From Octopus sinensis (taxonomy: Eukaryota): 64,000 nt of DNA. Shown piece after piece: positions 38,013 to 51,212 of this stretch. The DNA is taken from NCBI RefSeq assembly GCF_006345805.1, contig NC_043012.1:38006001-38070000 (forward strand). Direction: 5' to 3'. A program made the translations under genes and the position numbers. Every line of letters starts with the position of its first letter. Within the stretch, counting starts at the first letter, position 1. Below the pieces are notes generated by a model. The model was not told where the DNA came from. It searched no databases and saw nothing but the letters and a program-made list of their open reading frames with translations.

Positions 38013-38206
38013 TCTTTTCTTCTTTTCGTCATTTAACTGCAGCCATGCTGGACCACCGCCTTTTTGTCGAACAAATCGACTCCAGGACTTCTTTGTAAGC
38101 CTAGTACTTATCCATCGTTTTATTTACAGGGGCGTAAACATACCAACATCGGTTGTCAAGCGATGGTGGCGGGACAAAAACAGACACACAAATACATACA
38201 TACACA

Positions 38207-38237
<31 letters not shown>

Positions 38238-38499
38238 GCGCGCGCGCGCACGCATATATATTATATATCATGTTGGTCCAGTCAGTGTCTCGATACTCTG
38301 AGTTTCACTTGTAGCTGCTCAGGAAACTCACTCGTTGTAAATATTAAGTTTTCGGCGTTTCGTCAAACAAGACTAATGGCAGAATAAAATAATAAAAAAT
38401 GGTAATGCGATATTGCGGCTGGGCCCAGGCGCTCCACCACGTGTTAAAATCTTGCAGGAGTTAGACTGTGTTTTAAATAATGGCCGGAGCAGAGGAGAT

Positions 38500-40430
38500 A
38501 AAAGACAAGTTTCAATATAAGGGAAATAAATTGTCTCAGTGGAAACTTGGTGAAGTTTTGCATATTTTAACTCTTCCACTTACAGGTTGTATTTGTAATG
38601 AACGTCTAAAAGGGCTGATTTCTTTTTTTTTTTTCTGAAAAACCTTGCTTTTCTCTGAGACATTTACTAACAAAACTAATTGTACCAATTATTATTAGTA
38701 TCAATGAGAATTTATAATCTGGATATCGAAGCTGAAAGTTTCAAAACATTCCGCGGTTATCTTTCTCTTTGATCGTTGAGAGAGATTCACGTCAGTGACG
38801 AGGCTGACTTCTTGTCGCTACAGACTTTTGCTTCTCGGTCCCAAAAAAACGATATCCAATCTGTTAGGTTTGTTCTTGGTCGACGTTTTGATGGAAATCT
38901 TTTTCCTACTCTAGACACAAGGCCCGAAATTTTTGGTAAAGGGGACAGTCGATCAGATCGACCCCAGTACACAACTGGTACTTAATTTATCGACCCCGAA
39001 AGGACGAAAGGTAAAGTTGACCTCAGCAGAATTTGAACTCAAAACATAAAGACCGACGAAATAGCGCAAAGCATTTCGCCCGGCGTGCTAACGTTTCTGC
39101 CAGCTCGCCGCCTTTTTGATGGAAATGTTCTGCCAATATTCTTTGTGTTGATGTTTGTGAATGAATTCAGTTCAGCAGGGTTCTCTCTGCATTTACTCTA
39201 GGACAGTCTTTTTTGTTGTTGTTTTGGCGGATAGCAGTGTATATTGTCTTAGAGACAACTTCATATCACATGGGAGACAGTGCTATGATAACGTCTTGGA
39301 CATAGCTGCTGATCACGTGTGCAATATCTTCTGCAGAAATGTAATATAGTGGACATATTCCCTTGTATCTTTGTACTCCAAAGGCTTCACTGTCCCTTTT
39401 GCTTGGCAATATTTTGCAGCAATCCCTTGCTTTTGGATTACACCTTTCGAGTGCGATGTGATGTAGCAGTCACGATCCAAGAGAGGCTGCACTTCATGGT
39501 GATATTTACCCTCATCTTCATGTCTTCGGCGAACATCCATGCATAGTCTTTTTTCCCTTCTTTGGTATGCTGAACGTTTCACATCCAGGCCTTCTTTGAG
39601 GGATTTTAGTCCAACTGTGTCGGTGGGGTTGTATTGTGTATTGGAGTTCGTCAGGAAGAGAACACTTCACGGGGAGCTGTCTGCCGACGCGTAAGATGTT
39701 TTACTCTTCGGTTTTTAGCGCTAGGTTTATATGCTTATTATTGCTGGTGTTGTTTAGCTGGTGCTGCCTGATAAATACTCTACGTCATGATCTCAAGCCT
39801 CAGCCTCTTTCATCTCTTCTCAGGTAAAGCCTGTCGATATCACTATTTCTTGAAGCTAGGCTCTTGCAGGTTTTAATGCCAAGTATCAGTAAAGTATCTC
39901 TTGTGTTGCTATCATCACAGAGTCTACAAATGCATTGTGGGACAGAATATCGCATCGTAAGAGGAGAGCTCTCACTGACGTATTTTCGAAATTCATAGTC
40001 AATCTCGATTACTCTTTATTCAGATCATTCTATCATTATCCACAGCACATTCGTATGATATGTTTTCACAGATGCCTAGGTATTTGTAGCATTGTTTGTA
40101 TGGAAGCGGAGATATAAAGAAACCGTTGATGCTTCAGGCTTTCGGAATGGTGATTTTTCTCATTCAACAATCAAATAAAAACATATATTTTGGCCAAATT
40201 CCATTCCTATGTCAGTTGAAAATATTGTTATTAACTCCAGTTTTGGGTGTTTCTTTTTATTTTGCTTTTTTTTGCATTGTAAACATTTTTTAAACATCGA
40301 TCTGCAGATCATCCACATAAAAATTATGGGTTACAGTGATATCTGTTGCCAGTCCCTGTCTTGTAACCATTGGATTTTTGGAAAAGGAAATGTAATGGAA
40401 TCAATGCCAAGATAAACAGAATTACAGAAA
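38500..40430 (-). mobile_element. R4-like RLE family C, degenerate RT-to-endonuclease region
   Basis: THNFYVDDL, FSTDIGMEFG, YKYLG, DIDRLYLRR, EDIAHVISS, HKEYWQNISIK/TSTK...NRLDIV, read across frameshifts. Confidence 0.8.
38899..39113 (-). mobile_element. SINE family B inserted into R4-like family C
   Basis: 13-bp TSD ttttgatggaaat at 38886-38898 and 39114-39126. Confidence 0.88.
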
Positions 40431-40608
40431 TATTATCTTTTTGGAATATTCCCTTTCAAATATTTATAATATCAGAGATGATCGTTCGGTTGTAAATATG
40501 AGGAGTGATGCCCAGGTCTTTGTGGTTCTCTAAATGGCAGCAATTAAATTAGCAGGTACATATATAAATGCGCGCGCGGCGGTGTGTGTGTGTATGTATA
40601 CAGATATT

Positions 40609-40681
<73 letters not shown>

Positions 40682-40740
40682 TACAATATATATACTACAT
40701 ACATATATATATATATAATAATATATATATATATATAATA

Positions 40741-40772
<32 letters not shown>

Positions 40773-40919
40773 TATATATATATAATATCTATATATTATG
40801 TAAAGCATAATATGTTATACATGTATGTATATTCTTGTAATTGTCATCCCCTCCCTTTTCTTATTGCAATATATATATATAGCAATATATATATAGCAAT
40901 ATATATATATATATATAGT

Positions 40920-41125
40920 TAATCCAAACAAGAAAACACAAAAAAACACAACAACGCGAGGACGTGGAACAAATATAGTATTATTGGACGCTCAGGAAAG
41001 AAGGAAAGAAGGAGGGTTTAACGTTTCGAGCGGAGCTCTTCGTCGGAAAGATAGGAGAAGGAAAGATCTAGAGAAGGGAAGACAGAGGAAAAAAAATCGC
41101 CAACGGTACACACGCGGTCACATTT
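40920..41125 (-). mobile_element. PLE-like 3' tail with hammerhead (41016-41050, U4C)
   Basis: ttt-CCGACGA-a-gagc-tcc-gctc-GAAA-cg-T-T-aaa; ends in (TA)n. Confidence 0.65.
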
Positions 41126-41439
41126 TGAATGACCGAAGGAAATGGTTGAAGAAAAGTTCTTTCAAAGACACGAGAGTGCAAGAGGAGGTATGTGTGTGTA
41201 AGAGTGGATATGTGCGTGCGCGAAGGTCTGCGTGTGCGTGTGTGTGTATATGTGTGTCTGCAATGATAACACGTGTGTGTGTGTGTGTGTGCGTGTATGT
41301 GTGTGTGTGTGGTTGTGGCTGTTAATCTTTGCGTGTTGTAGGGCTTAGTAGTGTTTAAGGTCAAGGAAGAAGGAATTGGGAGTGGCTCCTTTTGTCTCTA
41401 CCCCAGGTCAGTAGTAGGTACTGCTAGTTTGAAGTATGT

Positions 41440-41632
41440 GTGTGTGTGTATGTATGTGTGTGTTCGTGTGTGTATGCGTAGAGTTTGGGTGTGTGGCGAA
41501 TAACTGTGCTTTACTTAGTGTATGTGTGCGTGTGTGCTTGCACGTGCGTATGTGTGTACACATGTATGTATAATTGTATGCGTGTATGTATAATTGTGTG
41601 TCGTGTGTATGGGATGTATGTGTGGGTTCATT

Positions 41633-41663
<31 letters not shown>

Positions 41664-42200
41664 GCATGCGTGTCGTATGTGCGTGCGTGTCGTATGTGCG
41701 TGTAGTTGTGTGTGCGTGTACGTGTGCGTTTGTATGTGTGTATGTAAGCGTATATGGGTGTATATATTCGTATCCGTGGGGTTGTGAGTGTTGGTTGTTT
41801 GCATTCGTGTGCGTGTGTTCGTGCGTATGTGTGCGCATGTTTTTGTGCGCGCGCGTGTGTGTGTGTGTGTGTCTCTGTCTATATGTGTATACGTATGTGT
41901 AAGTGTATGTGCGCATGTAGGCATATATTGTGTGTCCGCGCATGTGCTTGAGTATGTGTGTGTATGTGGTTGTGTGTACGTTTATGTGTGTGTGTCTAAA
42001 GGTATGTGTGTGCACGGGCATATGTGTGCGTGCGCGCGTGTGTGTGTGGGTGTGTGTATATGTGTATGTATGCGTGTGTGTATGTGTGTGGAAGTATGTG
42101 TGCGTATATGTGCATGTATGTTGTATGTGTTTGGTGTGTTGGAGGTATGTGTGTGTGTGCGTGGATACGTGTGTATGTGAGTGTGTGTGTTCGTGTATAA
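41440..42200. repeat. Cryptic TG-rich simple sequence
   Basis: Direct inspection. Confidence 0.9.
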
Positions 42201-42420
42201 GAACAATAATTTATAAAAACAATAAAATAAAAAAAAATATTAAACAATAAATAAAACAATAATAAAAAACAATAAAATATAAAATAAAAGACGTAATAGC
42301 ACGCAAGGAAAGAAAATGAAAAAAAGAGACAAAGAAAAAGAAAGAAAAGAAGGAAGAAATAAGAAATGAAGTTGCTTGATGCGGGAGGTGGAGACGATAT
42401 ATATATGTATGTGTGTGTAT

Positions 42421-42473
<53 letters not shown>

Positions 42474-43233
42474 CACACACACAGACACACATATATATAT
42501 ATCTTGTCTTGTTCTCACTATACTGTTCTTGTTACCACTTTCACCCTCCTCAAAAAATCCCAAATTTTATTTAATTTGCTTTGCGGGAAGGATTGTTTCA
42601 ATGAAGTCGCGTATTGTCCTTACCTTCGCAACGCGGAGAAGATGAAACAGGGACAACTGAAGAAGGGGAATATTCTTTATGTTGCATGTCTCGTCTCTCT
42701 GGTTTTTTTTTGTTGTTCGGAAAAAAGGTTCGTTTTCTACGTTTTTGTTTTTATGTTTTCGTTTCTCGTTGTGTTCAACGTTTTTTTGATGTTCTGTACC
42801 CATATATGCATGTATATATACATAAATATGTAGGTATGTACATATATGTATGTATATATGCATATATTTATATTTTATTTATATTATACACACAGACACA
42901 CAGACACACACATATATGAAAGTAGTAGAGCTTCAATAAATAAATAGATAAATCTCAGATGCATTCCCGAAACGACATGAAAAACAATTTCGTGTTGTCA
43001 TAATAAACATCAATGAATTTGTCAGGTTTTGTTCAGGTTTCGTCGGAGGAGTCTTTTTTAATAAATTTATGTCGTCTCTTGTTAAACAAAAAAACAACAA
43101 ATAAACAAACAAACAAATACACAAACAAACAAACAAACGAAACAACAAAGAAATCGTTATTAAATCTAAGAAAAGAGTAGACAAAAAAAATAATAACCGG
43201 CATAAACAAAAAGAATCGTTCTATCTTGAAAGG

Positions 43234-43268
<35 letters not shown>

Positions 43269-43503
43269 AAGAGGGAGGTGTGCGGGTATGTTGATAAGAA
43301 GGTGAGAAGTATTTAAGAGAATATAAGATTAAAATGTAAAACAAAGGTGAGAGAAATATAAATAAAATACAAAATATAAGGAAAAAATAATATTACAATA
43401 ACAATATATTTATATATATATATATATATATATATTACACCCCCCACATATATATTTATATGCACACACATACATACAAACATATATATATATATGTATA
43501 TAT

Positions 43504-43539
<36 letters not shown>

Positions 43540-43792
43540 TGTGTGGTGTGTGTGTGTGTATATAAATATAGAGATGGATGCATAGATAGATATATACATG
43601 CACCTACAGAAACACATACACCACAAGCACATATGTGTGTAGTGCATGTGTGTGTTGTGTGTGTGTGTGTGTGTTGCGTGTGTGTGTGTGTTGCGTGTGT
43701 GTGTGTGTTGCGTGTGCCGTATGCTAGAATATATTGTATGTATTTATTGTAATGATTGATGAAAAATATGTGTAAAAACAATTATAAGAGGC

Positions 43793-44425
43793 ACAGGAGT
43801 GGCTGTGTGGTAAGTAGCTTGCTTACCAGCCACATGGTTCCGGGTTCAGTCCCACTGCGTGGCACCTTGGGCAAGTGTCTTCTGGCTATAGCCTCGGGCC
43901 AACCAAAGCCTTATGAGTGGATTTGGTAGACGGAAACTGAAAGAAGCCCGTCGCATTGTTTTAGCCTTCAAATGACGCCACCCCACTGGCTACGCTAGTA
44001 GGCCAACAGAAGAAAGAGTGAGAGAAAGTTGTGGCAAAAGAGTACAGCAGGGATCGCCACCCTCCCCTGTCGGAACCACGTGGAGTTTTAGGTGTTTGCG
44101 CTCAATAAACACTCACAACGCCCGGTGTGGGAATCGAAACCGCGATCCTACGACCGTGAGTCCGCTGCCCTAACCACTGGGCCATTGCGCCTCCACACAC
44201 ATGTGTGTGTAAGTGTGTGTGTATGTTTGTGAGTCTGTTCGCCCCCCCCCATCGCTTGACAACCGATGTTGGTGTGTTTACGTACCCGTGACTTAACGGT
44301 TTTGCAAAAAAACCCCGATAAAATAAGTACTAGGCTTACAAAGAATAAGTCTTGGGGTCGATTTGCTCGACTAAAGGCTGTGCTCCAGCATGGCCTCAGT
44401 CAAATGACTAAAACAAATAAAGAAT
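43793..44425 (+). mobile_element. SINE family A with a nested minus-strand tRNA SINE (about 43954-44195)
   Basis: Head ggagtggctgtgtggtaag; interrupted after gaagcccgtc; the body resumes at about 44240. Confidence 0.8.
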
Positions 44426-44938
44426 AACATAGAAGTGAGAAATAAATGATGACGAGTTTATGTTAGATACATAAAAAATATCACTCAATAAGGTGTGAAG
44501 ATATAACAACGCCAACTTGTTACTGATACATAATTTAGTGTTGATGTGGGCTTTACACAGTTTTCTTATTGTGTTTTTACAAAGAAAAAAAGGAGAAAAC
44601 AAAACTGCATGTATTTTTCTCGTGCTTATTCTGTCCTCACACGAACACAGAAACAGCAATTAATATGGCTACCACACCCAGAACTGACAAGCGTACAGGG
44701 GAGAGAATTTTTTCCCCTTTCATTTGTTTCAGTCATTTGACTGCGGTCATGCTGGAGCACCGCCTCTAATCGAACAAATCGACCCCAGGACTTATTTTTT
44801 GTAAGCCTGGTACTAATTGCATCGGTCTCTTTTGCTGAACCGCGAAGTTACGGGGAGATAAACGCACCAACACCAGTTGTCAAGCGATGGTGGGCGACAA
44901 ACACAGGCACACAAATACATACACACATACATATTATA

Positions 44939-44976
<38 letters not shown>

Positions 44977-45008
44977 TATATATAGTATATATAATATATT
45001 ACATTATA

Positions 45009-45055
<47 letters not shown>

Positions 45056-45103
45056 CCTATATATATAATATATATATATATATTATATATATTATATTAT
45101 AAT

Positions 45104-45161
<58 letters not shown>

Positions 45162-45200
45162 TGATCAAAATAAAAATAAAAACATGATGCGAAGGATTCA

Positions 45201-45278
45201 GCGGACATATGTTTTCGGGCCTTTATTAGACAGATTTATAACAATGCATAATGTATGTCTGTGGCCTTCTTCAGCCGC
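45201..45278 (-). ncRNA. Hammerhead ribozyme, left pLTR arm
   Basis: gcgg-CTGAAGA-aggcc...ggccc-GAAAA-catatg-T-ccgc. Confidence 0.7.
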
Positions 45279-48200
45279 GCACAACAGCTTCACAAGGACA
45301 TGTGTTAAATCAAAAGTCTTGGTTGGGGATGCAAATCCTCTCATTCACGTAGACCATAATGCGGCAGCAGCATAGAGTTGAAGCGTCCATCTCTTTCTTC
45401 TCTCAATGTAGAATGAGGAAAATTGGATGTTGAGGTAATGTAAATAAATAAATACATATATAGAGGTGAAGATGGAGGGCGAGAGTTCGGGACGAGGATA
45501 AAAAATGTATAAAAAGTGTAAGTATAGAATGATATAAAAATGTAGAGGTTGTAAGAGATGTAAAGGGGGTATAAAGAAAATAAAGTAAAATAGAAATAGA
45601 ATAAAAGTAAAAAAACTGATAAAAACATGATAAAAGTGTAAAAGAATGTAAAGATAAGGGATGTATAGGGTTATGGACCAAGCATGGTGGTCAGGAGATT
45701 GATAAAATTTAGTTGTAGAATTGTCAGTACATCAACAGTTTCGTCTGGGGACTTAATGCGTTGTAAATCAGAGCTGATGAGCATTTAATCTGGTTCCTTG
45801 AATTAAATGGACTTCTAGTACATACCATATATCATGGATATATACACCCACATACACGCGTACATATACGACTCCAAGCTATAAATACACACGCACTCGC
45901 GTGTAAACACGTACATAAACACACACGCACCCACACGCACGCGCGTACCCACACATACTACAAACAGAATATCCGCATATATACACGGACATTACGCGCG
46001 TACACGCTCACATGTATATACGCGCGCCCATCACTACATACACACACGTATATGCCCACGCCTCTAGGTCCAGGTATAAGATATTAAAGGATGTGTATAA
46101 GAACGTATGTAAAGAATCCCGTACTCATGTCAATACGCGCACGCACACACGGCTGTGTGTCCGTATGTGCGTGTACATATACACCCATATGCACCACAGA
46201 GACACACCGCGCACATGGGTATAGCTATAAGATATCGAAGTATGCAGTGTACATATATGCGCGTGCATATTGATGTATGCGTATACACACGTACGCAGCG
46301 CTCGTATATTCAAAAGGTGGAACCATAGGTAAGTAAAATAAACATATATAGAGGTGTTAAAGCGATAAGTTAGGGGTAAGAATGAGGGTAAGGGTAAGAT
46401 TAGAAATAAAAAATACAGTATAAAATAAGAAATACAATGTAATAGTTAGAAATGAAGTATAAGAATTATAAAAAATTATAAGAGTTAAGGTAAGGGATGA
46501 AAATGAAAATGAGAATAAATGGAAGTAGAAAAAGTAAAAATAAAATTAAAATAAAAATAAAATAAATGGAAGTAGGATAAAAGTAAAAATAAAAGTAAAA
46601 ATAAAAATAAAAATAAAATAAGATAAAAATATAATTTTGTAAAGTTTCACATGAGATGAAGGTGGTTGAAAGTTAGAGGTGTGTGTTAAACGTAGGGGCG
46701 GGCGGGGGGAAACTGAAAAATTGGAGGGTGGGAGGTGGAGTTGGCGGTGTGCGTTCAACATCTGAGTTAGAAATGTGAAAGGGTATAGATATAGGGGATT
46801 ATTAGACTACATAGGGAGGATATGGGCGTAGGAGAAGAAATATTAGGGAAAAGAAGTCATATATGGGAGACAAAATTTGTATATATGGGGGAAAATGCAG
46901 GGAACCCTATAGCGCGTACACACACCCACACACACACGCACACACGCACATGACATATATATGTATATGTACACATACGTACACGTATGTGCACATACAT
47001 ACGCACACACACACACATACACATATACACGCACATATAGGAAAGCGGGATGTGCTGGAGCCGACAGGTTGCACCGGGTGGGGGAAATTGCATGGGGGAG
47101 TTGGTAGAAGACCTAAGCATTGTAGTATTTGAAAGTATTAATAAGTTTATGTATACAGGATGGTTTGACTCTGACCTTTTGTTAATAAGATTGTGTTTGC
47201 TTTGAATTTCAAGTGTTAAGGAGTTCTACACGCATAGTTGGCATCCTGCTCTATTATTTAAATAAGGTGCAGCTGATCGATGATGGACCATCTGAGTTTG
47301 AAGCCTATGCATTTGTCTTTTACTTCCCAAATTCTTTTAGAGAGGGAGGTGCTGTTAGCCTTATGTCTTGTCTCAGCCGCCCCTACGTTTAACACACACC
47401 TCTAACTTTCAACCAACTTCATCTCATGTTAAACTTACAAAATTATATTTTTATCTTATTTTATTTTTATTTTATTTTTACTTTTATTTTTACTTTTATC
47501 CTACTTCCATTTATTTTTATTTTTATTTTAATTTTATTTTTACTTTTATTCTACTTCCATTTATTCTCTTCATTTTCATCCCTTACCTTAACTCTTATAA
47601 TTTTTATAATTCTTATACTTCATTTCTAACTATTACATTGTATTTCTTATTATACTGTATTTTTTATTTCTAATCTTTACCTTACCCTCATTCTTACCCC
47701 TAACTTATCGCTTTACACCTCTATATATGTTTATTTACTTACCTATGGTTCCACCTTTTGAATATACGAGCGTCCGCGTACGTGTGTATACGCATACATA
47801 CATATGCACGCGCATATATGTACATGCATACTTCGACATCTTATAGCTATACCATTGCGCGTGTGTCTCTGTGTGTGTATATGGGTGTATATGTGCACGC
47901 CATACGGACACAGCCGTGTGCGTGCGTGCGCGTATTGACATGAGTACGGGATTTTCACATACGTTCTTATACACATCCTTTAATATCTTATACCTGGACC
48001 TAGAGGCGTGGGCATATACGTGTGGTATGTAGTGATGGGCGCGCGTATATACATGTGAGCGTGTACGCGCGTAATGTCCGTGTATATATGCGGATATTCG
48101 TTGTATGTATGTGTGGGTACGCGCGTGCGTGTGGGTGCGTGTGATTTATGTACGTGTTTACACGCGAGTGCGTGGTGTATGCTTATAGGCTTGGAGTCGT

Positions 48201-48791
48201 ATATGTACGCGTGTGTATGGGTGTATATATCCATGATGATATGTATGTACTAGAAGTCCATTTAATTCAAGGAACCAGATTAAATGCTCTTCAGCTCTGA
48301 TTTACAACGCTTAAGTCCCCAGACGAAACTGTTGATTGTACTGACAATTCTACAACTAAATTTTATCATCTCTCTGACCCCCTGCTTGCATAACCTCTAT
48401 ACATCCCTTATCTTTACATTCTTTTACACTTTTATCATGTTTTTATCGGTTTTTGTACTTTTATTTCTATTTCTATTTTTACTTTATATTCTTATACCCC
48501 CTTTACATCTCCTTACAACCCTTTATCCTCTACATTTTTATATCATTCTATACCTACACTTTTATACATTTTTTATCCCTCGTCCGAAACTCTCGCCCCT
48601 CCTCTAAACTTATATATGTATTATTTATTTATTACCTCAAAACATCCAATTTCCTCATTCTACATTGAGAGAAGAAAGAGATGGACGCTTCAACTCTATG
48701 CTGCTGCCGCATTATGTCGTACGTGAATGAGAGGATTTGCATCCCCAACCAAGAAATTTTGATGTAACACATGTCCTTGTGGAAGCTGTGT

Positions 48792-48867
48792 GCGGCTGAA
48801 GAGGCCACAGACATACATTATGCATGTTATAAATCTGTCTAATAAAGGCCCGAAACATATGTACCGC
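48792..48867 (+). ncRNA. Hammerhead ribozyme, right pLTR arm
   Basis: gcgg-CTGAAGA-ggcc...ggcc-c-GAAA-catatg-T-A-ccgc; predicted cleavage after 48863. Confidence 0.8.
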
Positions 48868-48971
48868 TGAATCCTTCGCATCATGTTTTTATTTGATTTG
48901 ATCAATTTACTCCACCACCTACACCACAAACGGTATACACAGGTGCTTATAATTATCAAGTACTCACCCGA

Positions 48972-49009
<38 letters not shown>

Positions 49010-49021
49010 ATATAGTATATA

Positions 49022-49061
<40 letters not shown>

Positions 49062-49398
49062 TATGACAGGCTTCTTTCAGTTTCCGTCTACCAAATCTAC
49101 TCACACGGTTTTGGTCGGGCCCGATGCCAAGTAGAAGGCACCTGTCCAAGGTGCTACGCTGTGGGACTGAACCCGGAATCATGTGGTCGGGGCAAATATA
49201 TACCGTACATCAGAAGTTCCCAAAGTTAGCGGTAACACTCCCAAGGGAGCCTAGAGCATGTTAGGCTTTAGGGGCCAGTGAGGGGTGGTGAAGTAACATA
49301 ATTAACATTTTAAATTTGACTTTTAGTAGTAATTATATTATACATAATAAAACTAGGAATGGTTCTTGATACATACACACACATACATACAGGCATGT

Positions 49399-49436
<38 letters not shown>

Positions 49437-49457
49437 GCATACATACATACATGTACG

Positions 49458-50125
49458 AAAATGGAGATTATCTCATATTTCTGTGGAAGGCATCACACAT
49501 GTAATTAGCAAGTGTCCAGAAATGTCGTCAACGTACCACCTCCCTATGCGACATGGCATCGTTGCAAAAACCATATATAATGCTATTCGGAAAAACAGAA
49601 TGTTCTGGAATAAATATAGAGAATCGCACTGTTATTGAATGCGTACACAAATATCAAGACAAGGAATACTGGTGGAACCCTCCCATCAAAACATCTACCA
49701 GGTGTAAGCATAACAGACAGCATATTGTTGTTTCGGACGTCTAAGCCAAATTATGTACGGCGACAGAGGTTAGCTGTCCTGCTGATATGAATATCTCTTT
49801 GGAAATCAAAGATAGAGTTATGGACAACTGCTATGAAACCTCCAGCTTCTATATCGGGATTATAGATTTACATTTATACCAATAATAACTGGTACAGTTG
49901 GTTTTGTAAGTAAATGCTTAATTGACTGTCTGACTTGCGCATTACAAATACAGACAGTTAGCGGAACAGTAAAACTATGCAAGACTTTTTCTCAGATTTA
50001 AAAGGTGACATGCTTTCCTTAATAAAATTCCAATGTTGAAGATTTGTTTCTTTGTTAGAAACCAGCTCCTTCGTCCCAGGAAAAAATCAAGTGATTACAT
50101 ACAAAACCGAAACACACACACACGT
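49458..50125 (+). mobile_element. R4-like RLE family C, 5'-truncated 3' end
   Basis: ITHVISKCP...LPMRHGIVAKTIY, KEYWWNPPIKTST, EVSCPADMNI; 11-bp direct repeat atacatgtacg at 49447-49457 and 50126-50136; CA repeats on both sides. Confidence 0.82.
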
Positions 50126-50194
50126 ATACATGTACGCACACACACACACACACACCCTCCACACACACGTTTATACTTATATATATATACTCTC

Positions 50195-50604
50195 TCTCTT
50201 TACTCTTTTACTTGTTTCAGTCATTTGACTGCGGCCATGCTGAAGCACCGCCTTTAGTCGAGCAAATCGACACCGGGACTTATTCTTTGTAAGCCTAGTA
50301 CTTATTCTATCGGTCTCTTTTGCCGAACTGCTAAGCTATGGGGACGTAAACACACCAGCATCAGTTGTCAAGCAATGCTAGAGGGACAAACACAAACACA
50401 CAAACATATACACATACATACATACATATATATACATATATGCGATAGGCTTCTTTTCAGTTTCCGTCTACCAAATCCACTCACAAGGTTTTGATCGGCC
50501 CGATGCCAAAGTAGAAGGCACCTGTCCAAGGTGCTACGCTGTGGGACTGAACCCGGAATCATGTGGTTGGTTAGCAAGCTACTTACCACACAACCACTCC
50601 TGCG

Positions 50605-50606
<2 letters not shown>
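50195..50606 (-). mobile_element. SINE family A, full length
   Basis: Complete body and head; shares private variants with 49066-49196. Confidence 0.85.
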
Positions 50607-50650
<44 letters not shown>

Positions 50651-50651
50651 A

Positions 50652-50935
50652 ATTGATCAAAATAAAAACATGATGCCAAGGATTCAGCGGTACATATGTT
50701 CGGGCCTTTATTAGACAGATTTATAACAATGCATAATGTATGTCTGTGGCCTTCTTCAGCCGCGCACAACAACTTCACAAGGACAGTGTTACATCAAAAT
50801 TCTTGGTTGGGGATGCAAATCTCTCATTCGCGTACGACATAATGCGGCAGCAGCATAGAATTGAAGCGTCCATCTCGTTCTTCTCTCAATGTAGAAAATG
50901 TGCTTACAATTATCAAGTACTCACCCCGAATTTAT
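50652..50935 (-). mobile_element. Third copy of the 45-49 kb PLE tail with HHR (50687-50763, one A lost)
   Basis: Near identical to 45162-45413, joined to a copy of 48944-48975. Confidence 0.85.
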
Positions 50936-51151
50936 ATATATATATATGTATATATTATATGCATAATTATAACAAGGGATTGGCTATAGCCTCTGCACGC
51001 GCTAGAAATAGACGCCTAAAATTCACCTATAAAGTTTTTATTCCGCATTGACCCCATGGTAAAATCATTAATGATTTTTACCCTTTATTATAATATATAT
51101 TATATATATATATTATATTTATATATATATATAATATATATTCTATATATA

Positions 51152-51210
<59 letters not shown>

Positions 51211-51212
51211 AA

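Larger units (their letters stand above)
45162..48976 (-). mobile_element. Penelope-like insertion: truncated element plus 1.54-kb inverted pLTR arm
   Basis: 45162-46701 is the reverse complement of 47377-48905; the spacer encodes NSTSLSKRIWEVKDK...CQLC...INKRSE on the minus strand; HHR in each arm; (TA)n flanks. Confidence 0.85.

Noticed and set aside
45770-45815. CTGATGA followed by a hairpin as another hammerhead
   Set aside because: No GAAA follows stem II and there are no stem I or III partners.
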